Position numbers and translations under genes: made by a program
Assembly: GCF_007748075.1 (NCBI RefSeq)
Contig: NZ_CP036280.1
Location: 1,350,001-1,382,000, forward strand
Source: Mucisphaera calidilacus
GTDB taxonomy: Bacteria > Planctomycetota > Phycisphaerae > Phycisphaerales > Phycisphaeraceae
Length of the DNA stretch: 32,000 nucleotides
Direction of reading: 5' to 3'
In this document: positions 15,112-24,376 of the stretch, piece by piece
How positions within the stretch are numbered: the first letter of the stretch is position 1
Layout: every line of letters begins with the position of its first letter
Notes under the pieces: generated by a model
Seen by the model: the letters and a program-made list of their open reading frames with translations, nothing else
What the model was told of the DNA's origin: nothing
Databases searched by the model: none

Positions 15112-16363
15112 GATCTACCGTGAGGACCTCGTGGCAACCCAAACACCGAATCCGTGGGCCGTATGGCTCCCGCTGCTTATTCTCTCCGCCGCACTTTCCT
15201 CGGCCGTGACCTGGTACGTAATGGCCGGGCCGGCTGCAGCAGAAGGCGAGACGGGGCCGCCGGGTGAAGGGGCCGGGCCTGCGATGCAGGGGCCTCCGCC
15301 CGCCGAGGTCCTCGTCGGCACCGTCACCCGGGCCGAGTTACAGCGCGTACAGGAACTCACCGGGCGTCTTCGCGAGGTCAAGCGAGCGAGGGTATCCGCA
15401 GAGGTCGAGGGCAAAATCGTCGAGCTTCCTGTCAGCACCGGCGACAAGGTCATCGCAGGAGAGACGCTTCTGGCCCGCATCGACGGCATCTGGGCCGAAC
15501 TGGACCTCCAGGCCGCTGAGGCCAGCATCGAATCCATCGAGGTCAGCCTCGAGCGAGCCCGACGGGACCTTGAGCAGCTAGAGCAACTCCGCAAGACACG
15601 TTCCGCTGTCGAGAAAGAAGTCGAGGATCAGCGCTCCTCCGTCAAGTCGCTCGAAGCCCAGCTCAACGCCGCCAAGGCCGTCCGCGACCGAACCCGCCAG
15701 TCCGTCAGCCGCGTTAATGTCTACGCGCCTTTCGACGGTCGTGTCACCGCCAAACTCGCGGAGATCGGCGAGTGGGCGACCGTCGGAGCCGACATCGTCG
15801 AGATCGTCTCCTCCGGCCAGGTCGATGCCCGCATCGATGTTCCCGAACAACTCGTTGGCTACCTCACGGCCGGCCAGCGCATCGAGGTGGTTGTCGACAC
15901 GCTCGAGCAGCCACTGATTGGCCTCGTCGATTCCATCGCGCCCGACACCAGCAACGCCGCACGCACCTATCCCGTGGAGATCCGACTCGACGACCTCGAC
16001 GGCAGGCTCCTGGTCGGCATGAGCGTGGTGGCACGCATCCCGATCGGCGAACCGAGTGAGGTCCTGCTCGTCCCTCGCGACGCCGTGCAGTTCGGCACCG
16101 GCACGCCCACCGTCTGGGTCGCCTTCCCGCAGGAAGGACAGCCCATGCCCATGGCCATGCCCGTTGTCGTTCAGATCCTGTATCCGACCGGCGACCGCTA
16201 CGCCGTCCGTCCCGCTCCCGGTGGCCCCCCGATGCCCGGTCCTCTGCTCGATGAGGGATACACCGTGGTGACCCAGGGCGCAGAATGGCTGTTTCCGACG
16301 CGACCGCTGATCACCATCCCCGACGAAACCGCGGGCACCTCGACAACACCCAACAACGGCTGA
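15110..16363 (+). CDS. Efflux RND periplasmic adaptor (membrane fusion protein, HlyD/AcrA family)
   Basis: N-terminal TM segment, lipoyl-like hairpin (VSAEVEGKIVELPVSTGDKVIAGETLLARID), coiled-coil segment and beta-barrel (VYAPFDGRVTAKLAEIGEW). The start is ambiguous: GTG at 15110, or GTG at 15131, which has GAGGA 4 nt upstream. Confidence 0.85.
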   Translation: MIYREDLVATQTPNPWAVWLPLLILSAALSSAVTWYVMAGPAAAEGETGPPGEGAGPAMQGPPPAEVLVGTVTRAELQRVQELTGRLREVKRARVSAEVEGKIVELPVSTGDKVIAGETLLARIDGIWAELDLQAAEASIESIEVSLERARRDLEQLEQLRKTRSAVEKEVEDQRSSVKSLEAQLNAAKAVRDRTRQSVSRVNVYAPFDGRVTAKLAEIGEWATVGADIVEIVSSGQVDARIDVPEQLVGYLTAGQRIEVVVDTLEQPLIGLVDSIAPDTSNAARTYPVEIRLDDLDGRLLVGMSVVARIPIGEPSEVLLVPRDAVQFGTGTPTVWVAFPQEGQPMPMAMPVVVQILYPTGDRYAVRPAPGGPPMPGPLLDEGYTVVTQGAEWLFPTRPLITIPDETAGTSTTPNNG

Positions 16364-16384
16364 GCGCCGACACGGATCCATCCC

Positions 16385-19300
16385 TTGGACTTCATCCGAT
16401 TTACCATCGACAACCCCGTCAAGATCACCGTCGGGGTGATCCTCCTCGTCCTGTTCGGCTGGGTTTCGCTCCTGCGCACGCCCGTGCAGCTGACGCCGAA
16501 TGTCGACCCGACCATCATCACGGTCAACACGACCTGGACGGGCATCAGCCCCGAGGAGATCGAACGCGAGATCATCGAGCCACAGGAGGACGTCCTCAAG
16601 AACGTCGCCAACCTCATCACCATGACTTCTCGCGCGACCGAGGGCGACGCCGAGATCGAACTCGAATTTGTGGTCGGTACCGACCTCCAGGCCGCACGCG
16701 TTGAGGTTTCTGACAGCCTGCGCGAGGTCGCCGAGTACCCCGACGAAGCCGAGGAGCCCGTCATCACCGACGGCGAGGCCGGCGCCGGAAGCCCGATCGC
16801 GTGGCTCCTCCTCGAAGACCGAAACAAGTCTTTTGATATCCAGAAACTCGGCGAGCGCGTCGAAGAACGCATCAAGCCTGCACTCGAACGCATCAAGGGA
16901 GTCAGCGAGGTGCGTGTCTACGGCGGGCGTGACCGCGAGATCCACATCAACTTCGATCCCAACAAGGTCGCTCAGCGGCGCATCACACTCACCCAACTCC
17001 GCAACGCGTTGGACAGCGAGAACGTCAATGTCTCCGCGGGTGATCTCAAGGAGGGACGATACGCCACGCGTGTGCGCACAACGGGCCAGTTCGTCGACGT
17101 CCAGCAGATCCTCGACACGGTCGTAACGGCCGACGAGAACGGCGGGCCCATCCGTATCCGCGACTTTGCGACCGTCACCCAGACCTTTGAGGAACGCAGG
17201 TCGTTCGTGCGCTCCAGCGGCCAGATCTCCATCGCGATGCCTGTCTACCGCGAGCCGGGCGCGAACGTTATCTCCGTGATGGAGGAGGTCAGGCAGCGGA
17301 TCGTCGAGATCAACGAGACGGTTCTTCCGCAGATGGCCCTCGCGGTTCAGCGTGACCTAGATCTCGAAGAGCCGCCCGACCTCGCCATCAAGCAGGTCTA
17401 CGACGAGACGGTCTACATCTACGACGCCATCGGTCTCGTCCAGAACAACCTGCTCATTGGCGGGACGCTTGCCATCCTCGCCCTGCTCTTTTTTCTCCGC
17501 GGCTGGCGGCCGGTACTCGTCATTGCTTTTTCGATCCCGATCTCGGTCATCGGCACCTTTGTCGTTATGTACGCCGCCGGCCGGAACATGAACGTCATCA
17601 GCCTGGCGGGGCTTGCCTTTGCCGTCGGCATGGTCGTCGACAACGCCATCGTCGTCCTTGAGAACATCGACCGGCACCTGCTCATGGGCAAGAATCCCAT
17701 GCGTGCCGCGTTCGACGCCACCCGTGAAGTCTGGGGCGCGATTCTTGCTTCGACCCTCACCACACTCGCCGTCTTCATCCCCATCCTCACGGTTCAGGAG
17801 GAGGCAGGCCAGCTCTTCCGTGATATCGCCATCGCCGTCTGCGCCGCCGTCACTCTCTCTCTGATCGTCGCCATCACCGTCATACCCACGGTTTCGGCAC
17901 GCCTGCTCCGCACGCACAAGGCGAAGGACGACAACAACAAGCCCCGCAAGGGACTGTTCACCGCCATCAACGACGGTCTTGCCGACTGGATCCACGCGAT
18001 GCTGGCTCCTACAGCCCCCGCGCTCTTCCTGCGCATCCTGATCGTCGCCGGCTTCATGATCACGTCGATTGTCGGTGCAGCGCTACTCATGCCGCCTACC
18101 GACTACCTTCCGCGTGGCAACCAGAACCTCGTCTTCGGCGTGATCATCCTGCCACCCGGCTACGACATCTCGACGAGTGACACCATCGGCCAGATCGTCG
18201 AGAGCAAGCTCAGAGCGTACTGGGAGGCCGAGTCCCAGGACGACCTCGCCGACCAGCCGCCCGTCATGGCCTTTGACTTCATGTCCGGTGAGGTCCAGCA
18301 GGTCCAGAACATTCCGCCGATCGCCGACTACTTCTTCGTCACCTTCAACGGCGGCGTCTTCCACGGCGCCATCAGCCAGGACAAGAACAACGTCGCGCCT
18401 CTCGCCAGCCTCCTTTCCTCGGCCTCGAACAGCACGTGGGGATTCGGCTTTGCCCAGCAGGCTTCGCTCTTCGGCAGAGGGGCCGCCGGCTCGCGCACCA
18501 TCGACATCGACATCGCCGGCGAGTCACTCGAGACAGTGCGTTCCGCGGCATCCGCCATTCAGGGACAGGTGATGGGGCGCTACGGGCCCATGGCGATCCA
18601 GCCCGACCCCCTGAACTTCGACAAGCCGTCGCGTGAGATTCAGTTCGAGATCGACCGTGTCAAGGCCGCTGACCTCGGCATCAGCGTGCGGTCGCTCGGC
18701 AACGCCGTGGCGGCGCTGGTCGATGGCGTCTTCGTCGGGGACTACCGCATCGCGGGCGAAACCATCGACATCCGCGCCATGGGCGATGCTGACGTCGCCG
18801 GCCAACCGGAGTTGATCGCCAAACTCCCGATCGCCTATCAGACCGCGAGCGGCGAGATCGGCGTCATCCCGGTCTCTTCGATCGCCACCATCAAGTACGC
18901 GCAGGCACCCCAGGAGATCCTGCGCATCGAAGAGCAGCGTGCGGTCACACTCGCCGTCACGCCTCCGGACGAAGTTCCGCTTGAGATCGCTACCGCTGAA
19001 CTCCATCAGGTGATCGACTCACTCCGCCAGCAGGGGATGATCACGCCCGATGTCGGCATCGACCTGACCGGCTCCGCGGCCAAGCTCACGCAGGTGCGTG
19101 AGGCCCTCATCGGCACGTGGTACGGATGGACCCGCGACAGCCTCCGATCCATCGGGCTCAGCCGCATGTTCCTCGCCGTCCTCGTCGTCTTCCTCCTCAT
19201 GGCCGCGCTCTTCGAGAGCTATTTCTATCCCCTCGTCGTCATGATCACCGTGCCGCTCGCCACGCTCGGCGGGTTCATCGGCCTCGCCATTACCCACAGC

Positions 19301-19741
19301 TTCGTGCCGACCCAGTTGCTGGATGTCCTGACGATGCTCGGCTTTGTCATCCTGATCGGCGTCGTGGTCAACAACGCCATCCTCATCGTCCACCAGACGC
19401 TCAACTTCATGCACGGCGAGGCAGAGGATGATGACGAGCATGGCCACCAGAAACTCGCGCCGCGCGAGGCCATCCGCGCATCGGTCCACTCCCGGATTCG
19501 CCCGATCTTCATGACCACCACGACCAGTGTCTCGGGCATGCTCCCGCTGGTCCTGATGCCAGGATCCGGCAGCGAGCTTTACCGCGGGCTCGGGTCCGTG
19601 GTCGTCGGAGGCCTCATCGTCGCCACACTTTTCACGCTCATCGTGGTGCCGCTGCTGCTCAGTCTCATGATCGATTTCAAACGCTTTCTTGGCGTCCACG
19701 ATCTCGGCAAACTCGCCGATACGCAGAATCCCCCCATCTGA
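16385..19741 (+). CDS. RND efflux transporter inner-membrane permease (AcrB/AcrD/AcrF family)
   Basis: DFIRFTIDNPV N-terminus, 12-TM/two-loop organisation, GMVVDNAIVVLENI in TM4 and a repeated VVNNAILIVHQ motif in the second half. TTG start at 16385. Confidence 0.93.
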   Translation: MDFIRFTIDNPVKITVGVILLVLFGWVSLLRTPVQLTPNVDPTIITVNTTWTGISPEEIEREIIEPQEDVLKNVANLITMTSRATEGDAEIELEFVVGTDLQAARVEVSDSLREVAEYPDEAEEPVITDGEAGAGSPIAWLLLEDRNKSFDIQKLGERVEERIKPALERIKGVSEVRVYGGRDREIHINFDPNKVAQRRITLTQLRNALDSENVNVSAGDLKEGRYATRVRTTGQFVDVQQILDTVVTADENGGPIRIRDFATVTQTFEERRSFVRSSGQISIAMPVYREPGANVISVMEEVRQRIVEINETVLPQMALAVQRDLDLEEPPDLAIKQVYDETVYIYDAIGLVQNNLLIGGTLAILALLFFLRGWRPVLVIAFSIPISVIGTFVVMYAAGRNMNVISLAGLAFAVGMVVDNAIVVLENIDRHLLMGKNPMRAAFDATREVWGAILASTLTTLAVFIPILTVQEEAGQLFRDIAIAVCAAVTLSLIVAITVIPTVSARLLRTHKAKDDNNKPRKGLFTAINDGLADWIHAMLAPTAPALFLRILIVAGFMITSIVGAALLMPPTDYLPRGNQNLVFGVIILPPGYDISTSDTIGQIVESKLRAYWEAESQDDLADQPPVMAFDFMSGEVQQVQNIPPIADYFFVTFNGGVFHGAISQDKNNVAPLASLLSSASNSTWGFGFAQQASLFGRGAAGSRTIDIDIAGESLETVRSAASAIQGQVMGRYGPMAIQPDPLNFDKPSREIQFEIDRVKAADLGISVRSLGNAVAALVDGVFVGDYRIAGETIDIRAMGDADVAGQPELIAKLPIAYQTASGEIGVIPVSSIATIKYAQAPQEILRIEEQRAVTLAVTPPDEVPLEIATAELHQVIDSLRQQGMITPDVGIDLTGSAAKLTQVREALIGTWYGWTRDSLRSIGLSRMFLAVLVVFLLMAALFESYFYPLVVMITVPLATLGGFIGLAITHSFVPTQLLDVLTMLGFVILIGVVVNNAILIVHQTLNFMHGEAEDDDEHGHQKLAPREAIRASVHSRIRPIFMTTTTSVSGMLPLVLMPGSGSELYRGLGSVVVGGLIVATLFTLIVVPLLLSLMIDFKRFLGVHDLGKLADTQNPPI

Positions 19742-19850
19742 TCCACGATCACTTCCGGCCCCCAAACAGGATTGGATATCTCCGGTCCCGTTGCCCGATA
19801 GAGGCTGTGTAGCCGGACGGGTCGTCCCGGCGAAGAAAGGGGTAACGCCC

Positions 19851-20288
19851 ATGGTCGTGCGAGACACTTCAGCGAGCGTCGAGGCTCCGCTGATCAGCCG
19901 AGTCCGATACTTCGATCCTCACGAGGCCAACCGGGCGCTGATCTACGTCCGCAGGATCACCAAGGACGTCATCGATACGTACAAGGAAGTCATCCGACTC
20001 CGCCTGCGCATCGAGCACCAGGGGCACCTCGATCAGGGCAGTAACCTCGAGGACAGCTACAAGGGCGTGATGATCCGGCTTTCCGATCTCGTGGAGGAAC
20101 TTCACCAGGTGGGTGTTGAGATCAAGGACTTCGAAGAGGGCTACGTCGACTTTCCCGCGATGAGCGATGACGGCGAACTCTTCCTCTGCTGGAAGCTCGG
20201 GGAGACCGACGTCGATCATTGGCACCACGCCGATATCGACTGCGAAGACCGAGAACCACTGGCTACGCTCCCGACCCTGATCGGTTGA
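19851..20288 (+). CDS. DUF2203-like conserved hypothetical protein
   Basis: YFDPHEANRALIYVRRITKDV and GVEIKDFEEGYVDFPAMSDDGELFLCWKLGETDVDHWH resemble the DUF2203 pattern as I recall it. The ATG at 19851 is preceded by AAAGGGG. The 3' end overlaps the convergent GT2 gene by 26 nt. Confidence 0.55.
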   Translation: MVVRDTSASVEAPLISRVRYFDPHEANRALIYVRRITKDVIDTYKEVIRLRLRIEHQGHLDQGSNLEDSYKGVMIRLSDLVEELHQVGVEIKDFEEGYVDFPAMSDDGELFLCWKLGETDVDHWHHADIDCEDREPLATLPTLIG

Positions 20289-20997
20289 CGCGCCGCTCGC
20301 TCCACCACAGCCAGCCGATCATCGACACGATCCGGATGCCAACCCTTGCGCTCATCCACAGCGAACCGGTGATCTTGCTGCGTCCGGCACGACGCTTCCG
20401 ATAAGGCACGTCGATCTCGAGGGTGCGCACGCCGCGCGTGACCGCCTTGTACTGCATCTCGATCGTCCAGCCCCAGGTCTCGTCACCCATCTCAAGCTGC
20501 TCCAGACTCGACCACCGGATCACGCGCATCGGGCCGAGGTCGCGGTATGCACGGCCGCTCGCGAGCCGGGTGAGCGTGCAAGCCAGCCAGTTTCCGAACC
20601 GTTGATGCGGATCCAGTGCCCCCGGATCGGCCAACGCGGCGCGAGCGCCTAGTACGAGGTCGGCCTGATCAGATTCGAGTGGATCGATGAGTCGCCCCAT
20701 CTGCCCGGGGTCGTCGGACAGGTCGGCATCAACAAACGCCACCGCATCGGGCAACACATCTCCTGTCTCCGCCTGATGTTGAATCCACGCCAATCCGGCC
20801 AGGCATGCACGCCCGTATCCCATCCGATCCTCGCGCACCACGACCGCACCGCGAGATTCGGCCAGCGACGCGGTCGCGTCCGTCGAGCCGTTGTCACACA
20901 CCACCACACACCGAAACAGACCCGCTGGCAGAGCATCGAACAGGGCGTCGATGTTGTCCGCCTCATTCCGCGCCGGGATCACCAGATCAATCAGCAT
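20263..20997 (-). CDS. Family 2 glycosyltransferase (polyprenol-phosphate sugar transferase-like) with a C-terminal TM segment
   Basis: LVIPARNEADNI, VVVCDNGSTDAT, VDADLSDD (DxD) and RKRRAGRSKITG, then a hydrophobic tail VGIRIVSMIGWLWW. Confidence 0.85.
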   Translation of the reverse strand: MLIDLVIPARNEADNIDALFDALPAGLFRCVVVCDNGSTDATASLAESRGAVVVREDRMGYGRACLAGLAWIQHQAETGDVLPDAVAFVDADLSDDPGQMGRLIDPLESDQADLVLGARAALADPGALDPHQRFGNWLACTLTRLASGRAYRDLGPMRVIRWSSLEQLEMGDETWGWTIEMQYKAVTRGVRTLEIDVPYRKRRAGRSKITGSLWMSARVGIRIVSMIGWLWWSERRVNRSGSGA

Positions 20998-21083
20998 CCA
21001 AAGTAACCTGTTAAAACTATGGGTTGACGCTCGGGAACGCGATCCTACGCCACAACGACCAGGCAGAAGACCAGGAAGTATCT

Positions 21084-21989
21084 ATGCACATTACCGACAT
21101 CCTCGCCAACCGGAAGACGGCTTTTTCCTTTGAGTTCTTTCCGCCCAAGACGCAGGCGGCCGCAGAGAGTCTCTACCAGACCATCGCGGAGCTCGAGCCG
21201 CTGCGCCCCGACTTCGTCTCCGTCACCTACGGCGCCGGAGGGTCAACGCGCGAACTCACCCACGACCTCGTTCTCCGCCTCAAGAAGACCACGTCGCTCG
21301 ATCCTATCCCCCACCTCACCTGCGTCTGCCACCAGGCCTCCGAGATCGCCGAGATCATCGATCAGTACGCCGCTGAGGGTGTCAGTAACATCCTTGCCCT
21401 ACGAGGCGATCCCCCCCGCGACAAGGCCGATTGGGACCGCTCCAAGGACGCTTTTCAGTACGCTTCTGAGTTGGTCACCTTCATCCGTGAACACGCCAGC
21501 CACACCCAACATCCTGATCCACGCGGCTTTGGCATCGGCGTCGCCGGTTTCCCCGAGGGACACCACGCCACGCCCAACCGACTCCGTGAAATCGACTATC
21601 TCAAGGCCAAGGTTGACGCCGGGGCGGACTACATCTGCACCCAGTTCTTCTTCGATAATCGCGACTTCTACGACTTCCGGGAACGATGCGACCTCGCCGG
21701 AATCCACGTCCCCATCATCGTCGGACTCATGCCCATCACATCCATGAAGGGCATGAACCGCATGGCCGAACTCTCACCCGGAACCCGATTCCCGGCCGCA
21801 CTGATCCGCTCGCTCCAGCGAGCGGGTGACGACGCGGAAGCCGTCAAGCGCGTGGGTATCCACTGGGCTACCGAGCAGGCCCGCGATCTCCTCGATCATC
21901 AGGCTAGCGGCATCCACTTCTACACCCTCAACAGCTCCGACGCCACGCGGCAGATCTACGCCAGCCTCGGCGTCGCCAGCCCGTCCTGA
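21084..21989 (+). CDS. metF: 5,10-methylenetetrahydrofolate reductase
   Basis: FSFEFFPPKT, VSVTYGAGGSTRE, ILALRGDPP and YICTQFFFD. I chose the ATG at 21084 rather than the TTG at 21024. Confidence 0.92.
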   Translation: MHITDILANRKTAFSFEFFPPKTQAAAESLYQTIAELEPLRPDFVSVTYGAGGSTRELTHDLVLRLKKTTSLDPIPHLTCVCHQASEIAEIIDQYAAEGVSNILALRGDPPRDKADWDRSKDAFQYASELVTFIREHASHTQHPDPRGFGIGVAGFPEGHHATPNRLREIDYLKAKVDAGADYICTQFFFDNRDFYDFRERCDLAGIHVPIIVGLMPITSMKGMNRMAELSPGTRFPAALIRSLQRAGDDAEAVKRVGIHWATEQARDLLDHQASGIHFYTLNSSDATRQIYASLGVASPS

Positions 21990-22164
21990 CACGGGCATTG
22001 CTATACTCGACTTCCTCAGCTCAGGCTGACAACAACGCTCCGTGTTTGGACCTCCAGGTCGGGCCGAGTCGACCCGGAGATGCATAAAACCTCTACTCGG
22101 CGACAACCACGCTCGTTCAGGCCACCGAAACGCGGCCCGGTTGTGTTACAGACACGGAGACCAC

Positions 22165-23535
22165 ATGCCCGGCAGTATCACACCTCTCCCCGTTATGCTC
22201 TCGGAAGAAGATCAGGCGATCTACGACCGCCTCGAGACCCCGAAGACCATCGTCGTCCGTTACAGCTACCAGAGGAAAGTCGGCGAGTTTCCTTACGACG
22301 GCGATTCTGTGCCCGGTTGCGGGTCCAAGATGATCATCCGCACCGATCGTGGCACCGAGATCGCCGAGATGCTCACCACCACCTGCGCCAACGCCGGCTG
22401 CGGAAAATCGGTCTCTCGCAAGGAGATGCTTGAATACATCAAGCGCTCCGGCGGCAAGGACTACCCCTTCCACCGCGAGGGGCGCATCCTCCGCATCGCC
22501 ACCGTCGAAGACCTGAACCAGCAGGCCAGACTCGACACCGATAAGCCCGGCATGATCCGACTCGCCAGGCGGTTCATCGGCGAGCTCGACCTCGACATGA
22601 GTCTCGTTGACGTCGAACCGCTCCTCGGTCAGGAGCGCATCATCTTCTACTACACCTCCGAGCAGTGGGTTGATTTCCGCGAACTGGTCAAGCACCTCGC
22701 CGCCGAACTCCACACACGCATCGAGATGGTCCAGGTCAACGCCCGCGAGGAGGCACGCATCGTCGCCGACTTCGAGAAGTGCGGGCAGCACTGCTGCTGC
22801 AAGCAGTTCCTCAAGGTCCTCAAGCCCGTGTCGATGCGCTCCGCCAAGGTTCAGAAGGCCACCCTCGACCCGCAGAAGATCTCCGGCCGATGCGGACGCC
22901 TGATGTGCTGTCTCCGCTACGAGGATCAGACCTACTCCGAACTCAAGAAAAACCTGCCCCACAAGAAGACGATCGTTGAGACCGAGGACGGCATCGGCAT
23001 CGTCATTGATTCCCAGATCCTCACGCAGCTCGTTCTCGTGCGTATCGGCACCGCCCCGCCCGCCGCCTACCCGCTGGAAAGCATCCGTTCGCTTACCAAG
23101 GAGGAGGCCGCTGACTGGCGGCAGCGGATGGCCGAGGAAGAACGCGAGCGTGCCGAGGCCTGGGCTCGTCGCACCGCCCGTCGCACACGGCCCCGCGAAG
23201 AAGAACGGCCTCGCGAACCGCAGCCGCAGGATCAGACAACTGGCGACGCACATCCCGCCGATGCCACCGATGGTGAGCAGAAGAAAAAGCGCCGCCGACG
23301 CCGGCGACGACGCAAGCCCGACCCGTCCGGCGGAGAAGCCCCGCAGCAGGATGCGTCTCAGCAGGACGGATCAACCGAGAACGCCGAGGCGAACCAGAGC
23401 GACAACCCCGATCAACCGAAGAAAAAGCGACGCCGTCGCAGGCGTCGGCGCCGTGGGCCCGGTGATGGCGAGCAGGGGGGAGACGCGCCCGATCGCGGGG
23501 ATCCTCCCAGCACACCGCCCCCGGCAGGCGATTGA
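22165..23535 (+). CDS. PSP1 (YaaT/RicT-like) domain protein with a long charged C-terminal tail
   Basis: The PSP1 core includes ERIIFYYTSEQWVDFRELVKHL and CGRLMCCLRYE. The ATG at 22165 is preceded by GGAG. The tail carries KKKRRRRRRRRK and KKKRRRRRRRRR. Confidence 0.8.
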   Translation: MPGSITPLPVMLSEEDQAIYDRLETPKTIVVRYSYQRKVGEFPYDGDSVPGCGSKMIIRTDRGTEIAEMLTTTCANAGCGKSVSRKEMLEYIKRSGGKDYPFHREGRILRIATVEDLNQQARLDTDKPGMIRLARRFIGELDLDMSLVDVEPLLGQERIIFYYTSEQWVDFRELVKHLAAELHTRIEMVQVNAREEARIVADFEKCGQHCCCKQFLKVLKPVSMRSAKVQKATLDPQKISGRCGRLMCCLRYEDQTYSELKKNLPHKKTIVETEDGIGIVIDSQILTQLVLVRIGTAPPAAYPLESIRSLTKEEAADWRQRMAEEERERAEAWARRTARRTRPREEERPREPQPQDQTTGDAHPADATDGEQKKKRRRRRRRRKPDPSGGEAPQQDASQQDGSTENAEANQSDNPDQPKKKRRRRRRRRRGPGDGEQGGDAPDRGDPPSTPPPAGD

Positions 23536-23543
23536 CCTGAATC

Positions 23544-24374
23544 TCAGGAGCCGGCACCGGGGCGAATCGACTCGCTGCGGATCACCACGATCCGCTGCCA
23601 GATGATCCCGCTACGCTGTCGGACCAGCAGCGGCACGCCGAGCAGCCACGGCTCAGGGTCCGCGACGGGTTCGTCAGTACGCTCGGCATCGTGACGCACC
23701 AGCGCCATCGCCTGTGGCGTGAGGCTGATGACCACCGCTGTCTGTCCATCCGTCGGCACCAATAACGCCAGGGCATCAAACAGCTCGATACGATCCAGTT
23801 CGTTGATACTCGGGGCAGCCGTTACATAGGAACGCAGTCTTGGCTTGGCGGGCACCAGCGCCGCGCCGAGTCCTAGACCCGACTCACGAACCACACCGCG
23901 CAGGCTCAGCGGGCCGCGTGTCTGCACAGGGTCCGTGAACCCCAACGTGATCGCCGTCGTACGTCCCAGTCGCCGCGTCTCCAGCAAGGCCGCCGTGCCG
24001 GTCGTGACCATCGCTCGCCGTCGACCCATACCCCAAACCGGCTGCGGCAACTCGGACAGCCACTTCACAACCTCCGTCGAGGGGAGTGTCCCGACACGCA
24101 GCCCGTTCTCGGCCCACGCATCGACAACACGCGGATCCAGGCCAGTGGCCGACAGCTTCTCCCAGGCGCGTTCGAGATCGGATTCGATACGAACGCCGAC
24201 GGTGACCACGCCCATCGTCGTGCTGGGTCCCTGAACCGCCACACCCTCGGGCGGACCCGGTGGTGTCACCGACGAACGGATCTCGTCGAGCCTGGGCAGC
24301 TCATCCGAAGTTGGATCGGATGCACAGCCACACAGCAAGACGACAGGCATCAGCAAGAGGGTCAGCCACCGCAT
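23544..24374 (-). CDS. Predicted lipoprotein of unknown function
   Basis: Signal peptide with lipobox MRWLTLLLMPVVLLCGC. The ATG lies 2 nt after the stop of the upstream aminotransferase gene. I recognise no family motif. Confidence 0.6.
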   Translation of the reverse strand: MRWLTLLLMPVVLLCGCASDPTSDELPRLDEIRSSVTPPGPPEGVAVQGPSTTMGVVTVGVRIESDLERAWEKLSATGLDPRVVDAWAENGLRVGTLPSTEVVKWLSELPQPVWGMGRRRAMVTTGTAALLETRRLGRTTAITLGFTDPVQTRGPLSLRGVVRESGLGLGAALVPAKPRLRSYVTAAPSINELDRIELFDALALLVPTDGQTAVVISLTPQAMALVRHDAERTDEPVADPEPWLLGVPLLVRQRSGIIWQRIVVIRSESIRPGAGS

Positions 24375-24376
24375 GG

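Noticed and set aside
15578-16996. 472-aa ORF antisense to the MFP/RND junction; similar shadow ORFs at 462-1403, 4744-5805, 6850-7830, 11801-12757, 19019-19867 and 22117-23253
   Set aside because: Each is opposite a gene with clear family signatures, spans gene boundaries of the other strand, and has the low-complexity Arg/Gly/Asp/Leu-rich composition typical of non-coding frames in GC-rich DNA.
23281-23454. Two near-identical AAGAAAAAGCG.CGCCG... tracts as a possible non-coding repeat or CRISPR-like element
   Set aside because: There are only two copies. Both are in frame within the PSP1 ORF and encode the polybasic tracts, so this is a coding duplication, not an array.
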